Positions 8,139 to 16,934 of a DNA stretch of 64,000 nucleotides are shown here, one piece after another. Numbering within the stretch: the stretch's first letter is position 1; each line of letters starts with the position of its first letter. The DNA is from Gemmatimonadales bacterium (GTDB lineage Bacteria; Gemmatimonadota; Gemmatimonadetes; Gemmatimonadales; GWC2-71-9): NCBI GenBank assembly GCA_041602035.1, contig JBFIHA010000007.1, positions 86,720 to 150,719 on the forward strand. Reading direction: 5' to 3'. Under the pieces are notes generated by a model that did no database searches, was not told the origin of the DNA, and saw only the letters and a list, made by a program, of their open reading frames with translations. A program made the translations under genes and the position numbers.

Positions 8139-10588
8139 CTCGCCGCGTCCTCTCCCGGCGCGAGGATGGCAAACATCCGATCGTAGGGTGGCCGACTGAG
8201 TTTCGCGACCGTGTCGGTGCAGACCTCGTACGGCTCGTTGCGCGGGAACAGATGTCCCTCCTCGTCGCCGAACGCCTTGCCGGGTCCGAGATACACGGCG
8301 CGATGTCCCTCGAACACGCAGCCGTCCTTCTTCTCGAACTTGAAACCCTGCACGGTCACCGAGAAGAACGGATAGCCCTCGACCTCCTTCCAGTAGGTGC
8401 GGCTCAGGACCGAAAGTCCGTAGAACCCCGCCCGCTCGAGCCGCGCCAGGAACTCCGCCTGCGTGAGCGCGCCGGAGAGGCACTCGCCCCAGAGGTGGAC
8501 GTTGGTCTTGAGGTGCGGTGGCATCTCCTGCTCGCTCACGATGTCCGAGATCACGATGCGACCGTGGTCTTTCAACACGCGCCACATCTCCTCGAACACG
8601 CGCGGCTTGTCCGGCGAGAGGTTGACCACGCAGTTGGAGGTTACGAGGTCGACCGACCCCGTGTCGACCGGAATCTCCTCCAGGAAACCCTCGCGGAAGT
8701 CCACCGCGTCGTACCCCAGCGCCGCCGCGACGCTCGGTTGATTCTCACGGGCCACCGCCAGCATGCGGTCGGTCATGTCGATGCCGATCGCCGTCCCTGT
8801 GGGCCCGACGAGCTTGGCAGCGATGAACACGTCGATGCCCGCACCGCAGCCGAGGTCGACCACCCTTTCACCCTCGGCAATCCCGGCGCTCGTCATGGGC
8901 GAGCCGCACCCGTAGAACCGATCGAGTACGTCCGTCGGGATATGGTCGATCGTGGAGTCATCGTGTTTCGTCGGACAGCACAGGTCGGCCTGGGGCTGGT
9001 CCGCCGCGGCACCGTAGAACTCGCGCATCTCGGCTCGCGGCGTGTCCACGTCGAACGAGAGCACGCAGTTGGAGTGGAGTGTGAGCACCGGTCGCTCGGC
9101 CAGCGCCGCGTCGGCGGTGCCGCAGGCAATGGCGCCCTCTCCCATGGCATGCAGGACGAGGGGCGCATCGTACCCGGATCGCAGGTTACGCCGGTCCTGT
9201 TTCTCCCGGCCCAGCGCGGTCATGACGTGCTTGACAAGATGGATCGCGATGGGATAGTACGGGTCCGCCCCGAGCGGATCGCCGGTTGCCCACCACGCAT
9301 GCTCCCAGTCACCGCCGCCGGTGAAGAACCGGAACGGGTCGCGCGTTACCGATGGCTTGCGGGCGACGGTCGCGGCGCGTAATCGCTTGACCACCGGGGA
9401 CGTGTCGAGGATTTCCGCAAGATCGGCGTTCGCCGTGTCGCCACAGCACAGCTCGGGCACGTTGACCAGGGCCGCCGTGGGATACACCCGGCCATCCACG
9501 TAGACGCTCAGGGAGTCCCACCCACCGTTGCCGAAATCGTACTTGATACCCGGCACGCCGTTCACCCGGCGCTTGACTGCTTCGAGGTTGTCGAGGGTGA
9601 TCCCGATCTGCTCGGCGGCCTCCGCCGCGCGCCGCACACCATTCACCAGCTGGACCACCTCGGGGAAGAACCCGTTCCCGCTCGCGGCCGCTCGGCCGCG
9701 CTTGTGTGCCCACATGAGGTGGAGGCTTCCGGCGCCCACCGTCTTGGCTAATGCCGGCAAGGTCTCGACTTCCTCGAGGTTCTGTTCGGTGACCACCGTC
9801 GAGAGCGACGTCTCGAACCCGAGGTCGGCGAGGAGTGACGCGCCTTCCACCGCCCTGGCGAATGTTCCCGCACCCCGAATGCGATCGTTGGTCTCGGCGC
9901 GTGCACCGTCGAGGGAGACCTGGAGGCGGACCGCCTCACGGTCGAGGGTGTCCAACTGCCTGCGCACCGCAGGTCGAAACACCGTGGCGTTGGTCAGCAC
10001 GATGACTTCGAGCCCGAGGTCGTGGGTGGCGCGGCGCACGAGGTCGAAGACATCCTTGCGCACGAAGGGTTCGCCGCCCGTGAGGTAGAGCCGCTCGAGG
10101 CCCATGGTGGCCGCACGCGTGACGAGCTGGTCCAGTCGCTCGATCGGCAGCCCCGGCTCCTTGCCCGGACCGGACGAGACGAGACAATGGGTGCACGTCA
10201 GGTTGCACGCGTTGTTGATCTGGATCCACAGTTCGCGGAGGCCGTCGGGTTGGGTGAGCGCGGCGCGACCCGGGTAGGAGGGTGGCTGCTGCGGGGCCGA
10301 GAACAGCATCCGTGCTCGATGGAGCGCTGAGAGAAAGTCGTGGACGTGAACCCAAGCCTTCCCTGCTTCCAGGTCGTGCCGTTCGGCGTAGCGGGGTGCC
10401 AAGGTGTTCACGGTGATGCCCGGGTTGTCGCCGATTGTATCGAGGATCTCCCGACCACGGGCGTCGACCGCGATCCAGTTGGGTGCGGCGTGATCGACGG
10501 CGTAGGTCAGGTCACCGTGGTGGAAGCTGTGGAGATCGGGGAGATGGAGCGGCGTCCGCGTTCCGAGCGGTTTCATGGATGTTGGCAT
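8105..10588 (-). CDS. fusion protein: PqqD-like N-terminus + radical SAM domain + ArsM-type As(III) S-adenosylmethionine methyltransferase
   Basis: The CNLTCTHC (Cx3Cx2C) radical-SAM motif lies around residue 130. The C-terminal half carries the SAM-binding motif VVDLGCGAGID. It also has the four ArsM cysteine contexts: ADLCCPT, RFYGCGSP, VTSNCVVNLSPDK and LWGECLSGAL. The tail is Cys-rich (TCCGPDGCC). Confidence 0.8.
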   Translation of the reverse strand: MPTSMKPLGTRTPLHLPDLHSFHHGDLTYAVDHAAPNWIAVDARGREILDTIGDNPGITVNTLAPRYAERHDLEAGKAWVHVHDFLSALHRARMLFSAPQQPPSYPGRAALTQPDGLRELWIQINNACNLTCTHCLVSSGPGKEPGLPIERLDQLVTRAATMGLERLYLTGGEPFVRKDVFDLVRRATHDLGLEVIVLTNATVFRPAVRRQLDTLDREAVRLQVSLDGARAETNDRIRGAGTFARAVEGASLLADLGFETSLSTVVTEQNLEEVETLPALAKTVGAGSLHLMWAHKRGRAAASGNGFFPEVVQLVNGVRRAAEAAEQIGITLDNLEAVKRRVNGVPGIKYDFGNGGWDSLSVYVDGRVYPTAALVNVPELCCGDTANADLAEILDTSPVVKRLRAATVARKPSVTRDPFRFFTGGGDWEHAWWATGDPLGADPYYPIAIHLVKHVMTALGREKQDRRNLRSGYDAPLVLHAMGEGAIACGTADAALAERPVLTLHSNCVLSFDVDTPRAEMREFYGAAADQPQADLCCPTKHDDSTIDHIPTDVLDRFYGCGSPMTSAGIAEGERVVDLGCGAGIDVFIAAKLVGPTGTAIGIDMTDRMLAVARENQPSVAAALGYDAVDFREGFLEEIPVDTGSVDLVTSNCVVNLSPDKPRVFEEMWRVLKDHGRIVISDIVSEQEMPPHLKTNVHLWGECLSGALTQAEFLARLERAGFYGLSVLSRTYWKEVEGYPFFSVTVQGFKFEKKDGCVFEGHRAVYLGPGKAFGDEEGHLFPRNEPYEVCTDTVAKLSRPPYDRMFAILAPGEDAASYTCCGPDGCC

Positions 10589-10722
10589 GGGTTGGGTGAC
10601 ACGCTGGTTACTGGGTTCGCCGGTCGAGTGGGATCAGCTTGCGAACACCGCCGGGCCCCGCCCGGTTCCGCCGGGCACCACACGCCTGGCCGAAGGTACC
10701 GAGCCGCGCCCGCGTCACGAGC

Positions 10723-11292
10723 CTAGGAGGGGGACGCGGCGGTCCGCCGCCGATACCGCATCGTCGACCACACGAGAACGACCACGACGAGCGCGCCGAT
10801 GATCGCTGCGAGGTATGGGGCGCGACGGTACGCGGCCAGGAGCCCGCTGCCAGACACCGTGAACACGATCGCCCCGGGCACGATCCCGGCGGCCGTCGTC
10901 CAGAGAAAGGTCCAGCGCCGGACAGGGGTGAGCCCGGCGGTCCAATTCACGGCCGTGAACGCGATCGTAGGGATGAACCTGAGCGCGAGGAGGGCGGGCC
11001 ACCCGGCCGAAAGCGCCATCCGGTCCACCTTCGCGAGGGTCCGGGTGGAGAGCATCCGCCCGGCCAGCGGCCGGCCGAAGCGACGCGCCAACTCGAAGCT
11101 AATGAGCGCTCCGACGACGGCACCGCCCCACGTGATGGCGGTCCCCAGCCGCGCACCGAACACCATCCCGTTCAGCATGGCCGGGATTTCGGCGGGGATG
11201 GGGAGGATGGCCACCAGGATCATGAACAGCGGGGCGAGTACGTACACCCACCCCCCGGACTGTTCGATGAACTGGACGACGGGATCGAGCAT
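10723..11292 (-). CDS. TVP38/TMEM64 (DedA-related) family membrane protein
   Basis: 189-aa ORF. MLDPVVQFIEQSGGWVYVLAPLFMILVAILPIPAEIPAMLNGMVFG is typical of SNARE-associated/TVP38 proteins. Confidence 0.7.
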   Translation of the reverse strand: MLDPVVQFIEQSGGWVYVLAPLFMILVAILPIPAEIPAMLNGMVFGARLGTAITWGGAVVGALISFELARRFGRPLAGRMLSTRTLAKVDRMALSAGWPALLALRFIPTIAFTAVNWTAGLTPVRRWTFLWTTAAGIVPGAIVFTVSGSGLLAAYRRAPYLAAIIGALVVVVLVWSTMRYRRRTAASPS

Positions 11293-11372
11293 GGATGCGA
11301 TGCGATATCTGCCAGCCGGGGCCCGATGTCAAGCGTGAGACATCGGACCCCGGGTGGTCAACTCCGGCATCG

Positions 11373-14096
11373 CTAGCGGCCGAGCCAGTAGTTGACCTTC
11401 ACCACGAAGGTGTTGGTGGCGTCCTGCTCGAAGATGTCCTTGAGTCCCTGCCCGAACGCGAAGTCGGGGTTGGTATTAGTGCCGAAGCGCCCGTGCTGCC
11501 ACACCAGGAACAGGGTAGAGCCGAGCATGTATTCCCACCGCAGCACCAGGTTGGAACGGAACGACAGGACGGTGAAGTCGGGGTTGCCCAGATCGATCTC
11601 TGGCACCCCGTCGCGGTCGAGGTCGATCCCGATCTCGCCGCCGTTGTCGATCAGGCGGTCCGAGCCGAAATCGTCAAACCTATCGGCGAATGTATCGCCC
11701 CGTGGATCGGCCACCTGGCGGAACCCGCGGTAGTCACCGGTGGCCACGAACGGCTGTGCCCAGAGCTGCAGCGAGAGCGTGGGAGTGAAGGTGACATTCC
11801 CCCGCACCGTCATCGATCCGACCGTCTGGCGCAGCTCGCCGAAGACGTAGCGCCGGTCGCCCAGCGCGTCCTCCTGGGTCAGGTACTGCCAGGAATCGAA
11901 CTGGGTAAAGACCCCCGGTGCGAACGTGAAGTCCATGTTCGACGCCGCCCGCCATGAGACGCGCGGGTTGAGGTTCACGCCCCACGAGTCGCTGGCGGGT
12001 TGGAAGAACGCGAATGAATTGAGCCCGACGCTCAGGGTCTTGCGGTTGTCGCTGAAGAACCCGCCCCAGAAGCTCATGCTGTAGGGCCGCATGAAGGCGG
12101 GCCCTCCGCGCAGCGCGCCGGTCGAGAGCGACGGAAAGTTCTGCTCCACCCCGAGATAGCCGCCCCAGTAGTTGAGAAACTGGAAGTTGGCGTTGACGTT
12201 GCCGCCGTTCCCCAGCCGCTCCCATCCATAGCTCCACGTGGTGTACTGATTGAAATTGAGCCCGAAGCGGCGGAACACCTTGCCGGGATCGTTCCAGCGG
12301 AGCCCCACCCACGCGAACTGCACGGTGCGGTCCGCTTCGCGCATGAAGCCCGCGTCGTTCACCTCGAACCCGGGCGACCGGGTATCGAACCCGGTGGCGA
12401 ACAGCATGCTCCCTTTGTTCTTGCTCACGATGAACTGGCTGGCGAACCCCTGGAGCGCGGTCCGCGTGGGGTCGTACGTGACGTGGTCGTTGTCCGGCCG
12501 CTGATAGTAGCGGGCCGAGGAACGTTGCGTGATGTCGATGGCCTCGGCGGAGCCACGGACCGCACTGCCCACCAGCCAGCCGCCGACCTCGTAGGTGTCG
12601 TCGGCAAAGCGGTGTGACCAGTCGAGTCCTCCCGCGACGGCCGAACTGCGGAGCCACGTGAGGTTGTCCGGCAGCGAGCGGGTCGTGGCGGTTCCGAAGA
12701 ACCCGACCTGGCTGAGCCCGCTCCGAAAGTCCCGCGCGAGACGGCCCACGAAATACCCACTACGCGGCTCCACGATGTCGGTGAACTCCTCACCAGTGCT
12801 GGAGACCACCTTGGCCTCCTCCTGGGCCGTCACGGCCCCGAGGAGACCCATGGTCCATCCGGAGGCCGTCTTGCCCGACAGCTTGGCGGCTCCGCGGATC
12901 GTCGTCTGGTCGACGCGGTCGGCGAAGCCGCCGCGTGCGTCCGCGCCCCCCTGCGGTGCGCGGCCCACCCGACGGGTGTAGAACAACTGCTCGTTGGCGT
13001 TATCGCCGTCCCCGAGGAGAATCGGGAACCGGAACACGTCGAGCCCCTCGTTGAAGAACGGGCGCCGTTCGGGGAAGAACGTCTCGAACGCCGAGAGGTT
13101 GACGACGGCCGGGTCGGCTTCGACCTGACCGAAGTCCGGGTTGATGGTGGCCGACAGCGTGAGGTTGGACGTCACGCCCAGCTTGACGTCAGCGCCCATA
13201 CGCCCCGATCGGTCCCGGCCGGTCTCGAACGGATTGTCCGCCTCCCCTTTGTCCCACTGCCCACTGGCCGAGAGGTACGGGAGCACTTCGATCCGGCGCG
13301 GCGGGCTGATGCGTTCAATGCCCACGAGGTCCCCGAACCGGGACACGATGCCCTGTTGGTCCTTGGGCATGAGGCGCCAATGGGTCTCCTCGTTGAGGCG
13401 ATTCACTAGCCGCACCACCTGGAAACCGAACTCGTGCCGCTCGGCCGCCGAAAACCGGAGTTGGCTGAACGGGATGCGGAACTCGGCGGTCCACCCCTCG
13501 GCGTCGGTCGATGTCCCAACGTCCCACACGGCGTCCCAAGACTCATCGTCGTTGTTGTCGTCGAACAGGTACATGTCGCGCTTGACGCCGGCGGGATTCA
13601 CGGAGAAGACGAACGCGGTGCGCCGGTCACGGTACGAGTCGACCCCGACCATGATCCAGTCTGACGGCGAGTCGACGTCGCGGCGCGTGAGGCGTGCCGA
13701 GATGCGATCGGCCTGCGAGTCCCAGGCACGGATGCCTACATACAGGGCCGCGTCGGTGTAGAGCACTCGCACCTCGGTCGGTTCCGTCGCCGGCTGCCCC
13801 TCGTGTGGATCCTGCTGCACGAAATCCGACACCGGGTCCGCCAATGCCCAGGCCGGGTCGTCCAGTCGCCCGTCGACGCGGGGCGGCTCGGGTGCGCGGA
13901 CAGCCACCGCTGTCGCGGCTGGCGGGTTCGCGATGCGTTCCCGCAGGGCCTGGTCGGCAGCGGACTGCTGGGCGTTCGCACTGGTCGCGCCCCCGCAAAG
14001 CGAAAGGAGCAGCAGGATGCCGAGGATGTGGAGGGGATGGCTGACGGCGGCGCGCTCGCCACGCGCGCTCAATGCCGCGGTCTCCGCACGATCCAT
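11373..14096 (-). CDS. CBM9-like / DUF5916 domain outer-membrane-type protein
   Basis: ORF 11373..14258. The ATG at 14096 precedes a signal-like stretch ([20 protein letters not shown]). [53 protein letters not shown] matches the N-terminus of the carbohydrate-binding family 9/DUF5916 family. Confidence 0.8.
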   Translation of the reverse strand: MDRAETAALSARGERAAVSHPLHILGILLLLSLCGGATSANAQQSAADQALRERIANPPAATAVAVRAPEPPRVDGRLDDPAWALADPVSDFVQQDPHEGQPATEPTEVRVLYTDAALYVGIRAWDSQADRISARLTRRDVDSPSDWIMVGVDSYRDRRTAFVFSVNPAGVKRDMYLFDDNNDDESWDAVWDVGTSTDAEGWTAEFRIPFSQLRFSAAERHEFGFQVVRLVNRLNEETHWRLMPKDQQGIVSRFGDLVGIERISPPRRIEVLPYLSASGQWDKGEADNPFETGRDRSGRMGADVKLGVTSNLTLSATINPDFGQVEADPAVVNLSAFETFFPERRPFFNEGLDVFRFPILLGDGDNANEQLFYTRRVGRAPQGGADARGGFADRVDQTTIRGAAKLSGKTASGWTMGLLGAVTAQEEAKVVSSTGEEFTDIVEPRSGYFVGRLARDFRSGLSQVGFFGTATTRSLPDNLTWLRSSAVAGGLDWSHRFADDTYEVGGWLVGSAVRGSAEAIDITQRSSARYYQRPDNDHVTYDPTRTALQGFASQFIVSKNKGSMLFATGFDTRSPGFEVNDAGFMREADRTVQFAWVGLRWNDPGKVFRRFGLNFNQYTTWSYGWERLGNGGNVNANFQFLNYWGGYLGVEQNFPSLSTGALRGGPAFMRPYSMSFWGGFFSDNRKTLSVGLNSFAFFQPASDSWGVNLNPRVSWRAASNMDFTFAPGVFTQFDSWQYLTQEDALGDRRYVFGELRQTVGSMTVRGNVTFTPTLSLQLWAQPFVATGDYRGFRQVADPRGDTFADRFDDFGSDRLIDNGGEIGIDLDRDGVPEIDLGNPDFTVLSFRSNLVLRWEYMLGSTLFLVWQHGRFGTNTNPDFAFGQGLKDIFEQDATNTFVVKVNYWLGR

Positions 14097-14301
14097 GTCG
14101 GAGTCGCCTCCTGCGAGATCGGTTCTTGCCCACTGTACGGGCTGGTGGGAAGGGTGGTTTCGCCTGTTAGATCCTCTTGACCGCGAAAGGGTTGCGGGGT
14201 ACGGGCGCCGTCGGCCGGGCCCGTGCTTGACCTGTGACGCCAAGCTGTATTGTTTCAAACACTTACGAGGCCACTGGCCCGATCATGGGAAGAACGGCGA
14301 A

Positions 14302-15051
14302 ATGAAACAGCTGGTCCTGCTGCGTCACGGCGAGAGCACCTGGAACAAGGAGAACCGGTTCACCGGGTGGACCGACGTAGGGCTCACGGAGCAGGGCGTG
14401 CGCGAAGCACTCACTGCGGGTCGCACCATGCTCCAACAGGGATTTGGCTTCGACGTCGCCTACACGTCGGTCTTGAAGCGGGCCATCAAGACCCTGTGGA
14501 TCGCGCTCGAGGAAATGGACCTGATGTGGATCCCAGTGTATCGGAGCTGGCGGCTCAACGAGCGGCACTACGGGGCCCTCCAGGGGCTCAACAAGGCGGA
14601 AACGGCGGAGCGGCACGGCGAGAAGCAAGTGAAGCTCTGGCGGCGAAGCTATGACATCCGCCCACCCGCGCTCACCCCGGACGACGAGCGCTACTCGGGG
14701 CGGGACCCACGCTACGCCGATCTCACGGAGGACGAGCTGCCGCTCACCGAGTGCCTCAAGGACACGGTGGAGCGGATGCTGCCGTACTGGTTCGACGTGA
14801 TCGCGCCCGTGGTGCAGTCGGGCACGCGCGTGCTGATCTCCGCGCACGGCAACTCGCTGCGCGCCCTGGTCAAACATCTCGACGAGATCCCGGACGAGGA
14901 GATCGTGGGACTCAATATTCCGACCGGGATTCCGCTGGTCTACGAGCTGAGGGACACCGATCTCTCCCCCATGCGGAGCTATTACCTCGGCGACGAGGAG
15001 GCGGTGGCCGCGGCACAGCAGGCCGTGGCCAACCAGGCAAAGCGAAAGTAG
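14302..15051 (+). CDS. gpmA: 2,3-bisphosphoglycerate-dependent phosphoglycerate mutase
   Basis: Internal ATG of ORF 13933..15051 gives [32 protein letters not shown], containing the RHGE catalytic motif. Confidence 0.95.
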   Translation: MKQLVLLRHGESTWNKENRFTGWTDVGLTEQGVREALTAGRTMLQQGFGFDVAYTSVLKRAIKTLWIALEEMDLMWIPVYRSWRLNERHYGALQGLNKAETAERHGEKQVKLWRRSYDIRPPALTPDDERYSGRDPRYADLTEDELPLTECLKDTVERMLPYWFDVIAPVVQSGTRVLISAHGNSLRALVKHLDEIPDEEIVGLNIPTGIPLVYELRDTDLSPMRSYYLGDEEAVAAAQQAVANQAKRK

Positions 15052-15060
15052 GCGGAACCG

Positions 15061-15474
15061 TTAGTCCAGCTTCTCGGCCCTCAGGAACACCCCGGTTTTG
15101 GCGTCGAACACGCGAATGGCCACCACGATGCCTGCCCGCCGAGTGTCGACGTATCTGACGTGTACCACCTTCTTGTCCTTACTGGGGCGGTAGACCACCA
15201 TGCTCCCGGCCGGCGCGCGGACGTGGATGTTGCTACACGACCGGGCTGCGGGCTGGTGCCCGGGCGGGCGATTGGGGAGCCACAGCCGACAGCGTCCCGG
15301 TGGCGGCAGATGCCCCGGCGGGATGCCGAGTGCGACGGCCGTGTTGCCGATGACCGTCCCGTGAGGTTGGATGTCGCCGGAGCGGCTGGGCTCGGGCCCG
15401 CTCGCGACGGGAGGATTGGAGCTGCACGCGGCGATCAGGGCCGCGGCTGGGAGCAGGACGAGGCGTCGGGACAT
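15061..15474 (-). CDS. hypothetical lipoprotein
   Basis: Internal ATG (15474) of ORF 15061..15603 gives MSRRLVLLPAAALIAAC, a signal peptide with lipobox. Confidence 0.55.
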   Translation of the reverse strand: MSRRLVLLPAAALIAACSSNPPVASGPEPSRSGDIQPHGTVIGNTAVALGIPPGHLPPPGRCRLWLPNRPPGHQPAARSCSNIHVRAPAGSMVVYRPSKDKKVVHVRYVDTRRAGIVVAIRVFDAKTGVFLRAEKLD

Positions 15475-15628
15475 GGGTGACCTCCCGGGCTCGAAGCCCG
15501 GTTCGTGAATCCGTTCGCTGCAATCAATGGGAGCCGGGAGCCGGCGGCAGTGACCGCTCTCACGAATCCGCTTGACCCCCCCGACAGGCCCCGGTATGTT
15601 CATCTCCCGGAACGAGTTCCGGGGTCGT

Positions 15629-15703
15629 GGTGGCTGTAGCTCAATCGGTTAGAGCGCCGGACTGTGGCTCCGGAGGTTGCGGGTTCAATCCCCGTCAGCC
15701 ACC
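15629..15703 (+). tRNA. tRNA-His: tRNA-His (anticodon GTG)
   Basis: Hand-folded cloverleaf. An extra G-1 (15629) pairs with C73 (15703). The acceptor GTGGCTG pairs with CAGCCAC. The anticodon stem is CCGGA/TCCGG with loop CTGTGGC. The T-loop is GGGTTCAATCCCC. Confidence 0.9.
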
Positions 15704-16109
15704 CTTACCAGACGCAGCTGCGCACCGAACCAGAACTCCACCGACTGCGTAGCGGTCAGGCTCACGCGCACTCCCCCAGCCACGGTGCGCAACCGCCTCG
15801 GCTCATCATTGTTCACTTGTGCGTACGCCTCGGGCAGGGGTCGTGGAAGCCACAGCTATCCCTGGCGCTGGTGTACGAGCCCTGAGTTGCTAGACCGATT
15901 GGTCACCACCAGGCCGACGTTCCCTCTTCCCAAGAGGAACGTGTTCGTGGACCTGGTCGGGTAGTCAACGCGGCCACCCATGCCCAGGCGGAAGTGCTCC
16001 ACATTGCGGCTCTTCAGCTCGAGTTCGGTGGCAAGCGCGCCCGAGAGGTCGGACTGCACTCGTCGCTGTGCCTCGAAGTTGACCTGGGCGTAACGGAACT
16101 TCAGAGGCG

Positions 16110-16138
16110 TTGCAGTTATATAGCCTTCAAAGTAATAT
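16110..16138 (+). promoter_or_regulatory. candidate sigma70-like promoter inside the AT-rich tract
   Basis: TTGCAG (16110-16115), a 17-nt spacer, then TAATAT (16133-16138). It sits about 170 nt upstream of the MarR start. Pattern match only. Confidence 0.3.
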
Positions 16139-16308
16139 CAGAGTAATACTGAAGCTATTAGGCAAACATAACGGAGAGGCCGGAACTACTTAATCCAATG
16201 TAATACAAATACTTATATGACTGTGGCAAGCGTAACGTTTCCCTATCGCGCTGCCGCAGTTTCATTTTGTATAGGAAGCAATTAATTGGGAAGCTGCAGG
16301 GGGATCTG

Positions 16309-16926
16309 ATGACGGAACTCCGCGACGAGATCAGGACGCAGCCCCACGCAGTGGTCGATGCCCGGGGGCACGCAGCCGACGCAGGCCCGGGAGCGGCCGA
16401 CCGCTGCTACGATGTCCTGATCGCCCTGCGCCGCGTCATGCGGGCGGTAGACCTCCACTCGCGATCACTCGTCCAGCGGTGTGGTCTGACCGGGCCCCAG
16501 CTCCTGGTGCTGCGGGAGATCGGGCGCGACGAGCTATCGGTCGGTGCGCTGGCCAGGGCAGCCTCCCTGAGCCAGGCGACCGTCACCGACATCCTCCACC
16601 GGCTCGAAGCGCGGGGGCTGGTCGAGCGCCGGCGCGGTGACAACGACAAGCGCCAGGTGCTCGTCAGAGCGACGAATGCCGGCAAGCGGATGCTGCAGCA
16701 TGCGCCGCGGCTGTTGCAGGACTCGTTCGTCGTGCAGTTCACCAGCCTCGCGGAGTGGGAGCAGACGCAGCTCATCTCCTCGTTGCAGCGGGTCGTAGCA
16801 ATGATGGAAGCGACCGGCTTGGAAGTCTCGCCCGTGCTGGCCGCGGGCCCCATTGCGCCGGGCGCCACGGAAACGACGGACGAGCCGGACGCCGGCAGAA
16901 TCAAAGCGCCGGCCGGAACGGGATAA
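16309..16926 (+). CDS. MarR family transcriptional regulator
   Basis: ORF 16267..16926. The ATG at 16309 follows GCAGGGGGA. LTGPQLLVLREIGRDELSVGALARAASLSQATVTDILHRLEARGLVERRRGDNDKRQVLV is a MarR winged helix. Confidence 0.85.
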   Translation: MTELRDEIRTQPHAVVDARGHAADAGPGAADRCYDVLIALRRVMRAVDLHSRSLVQRCGLTGPQLLVLREIGRDELSVGALARAASLSQATVTDILHRLEARGLVERRRGDNDKRQVLVRATNAGKRMLQHAPRLLQDSFVVQFTSLAEWEQTQLISSLQRVVAMMEATGLEVSPVLAAGPIAPGATETTDEPDAGRIKAPAGTG

Positions 16927-16934
16927 GACGAGTC

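Noticed and set aside
10608-10718. 36-codon GTG ORF (VTRARLGTFGQACGARRNRAGPGGVRKLIPLDRRTQ) just upstream of the radical-SAM/ArsM fusion, considered as a RiPP-type precursor for the PqqD-like domain.
   Set aside because: It has no Shine-Dalgarno, and its Arg/Gly-rich composition is typical of random high-GC sequence. There is no evidence of conservation. It is kept only as something to check if the PqqD-like call is confirmed.
15765-15783. Possible degenerate repeat of the tRNA-His 3' end (TCCCCCAGCCAC versus TCCCCGTCAGCCAC), as an att scar for the NAGGN block.
   Set aside because: It is too short and imperfect, lies only about 60 nt from the tRNA, and has no second copy distal to the operon.
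15856-16100. Minus-strand ORF (…LKFRYAQVNFEAQRRVQSDLSGALATELELKSRNVEHFRLGMGGRVDY…) that looks like the tail of a beta-barrel/porin gene.
   Set aside because: It is only about 80 aa with no clear start and no diagnostic motif. It is plausibly a gene remnant, but I cannot support a call.
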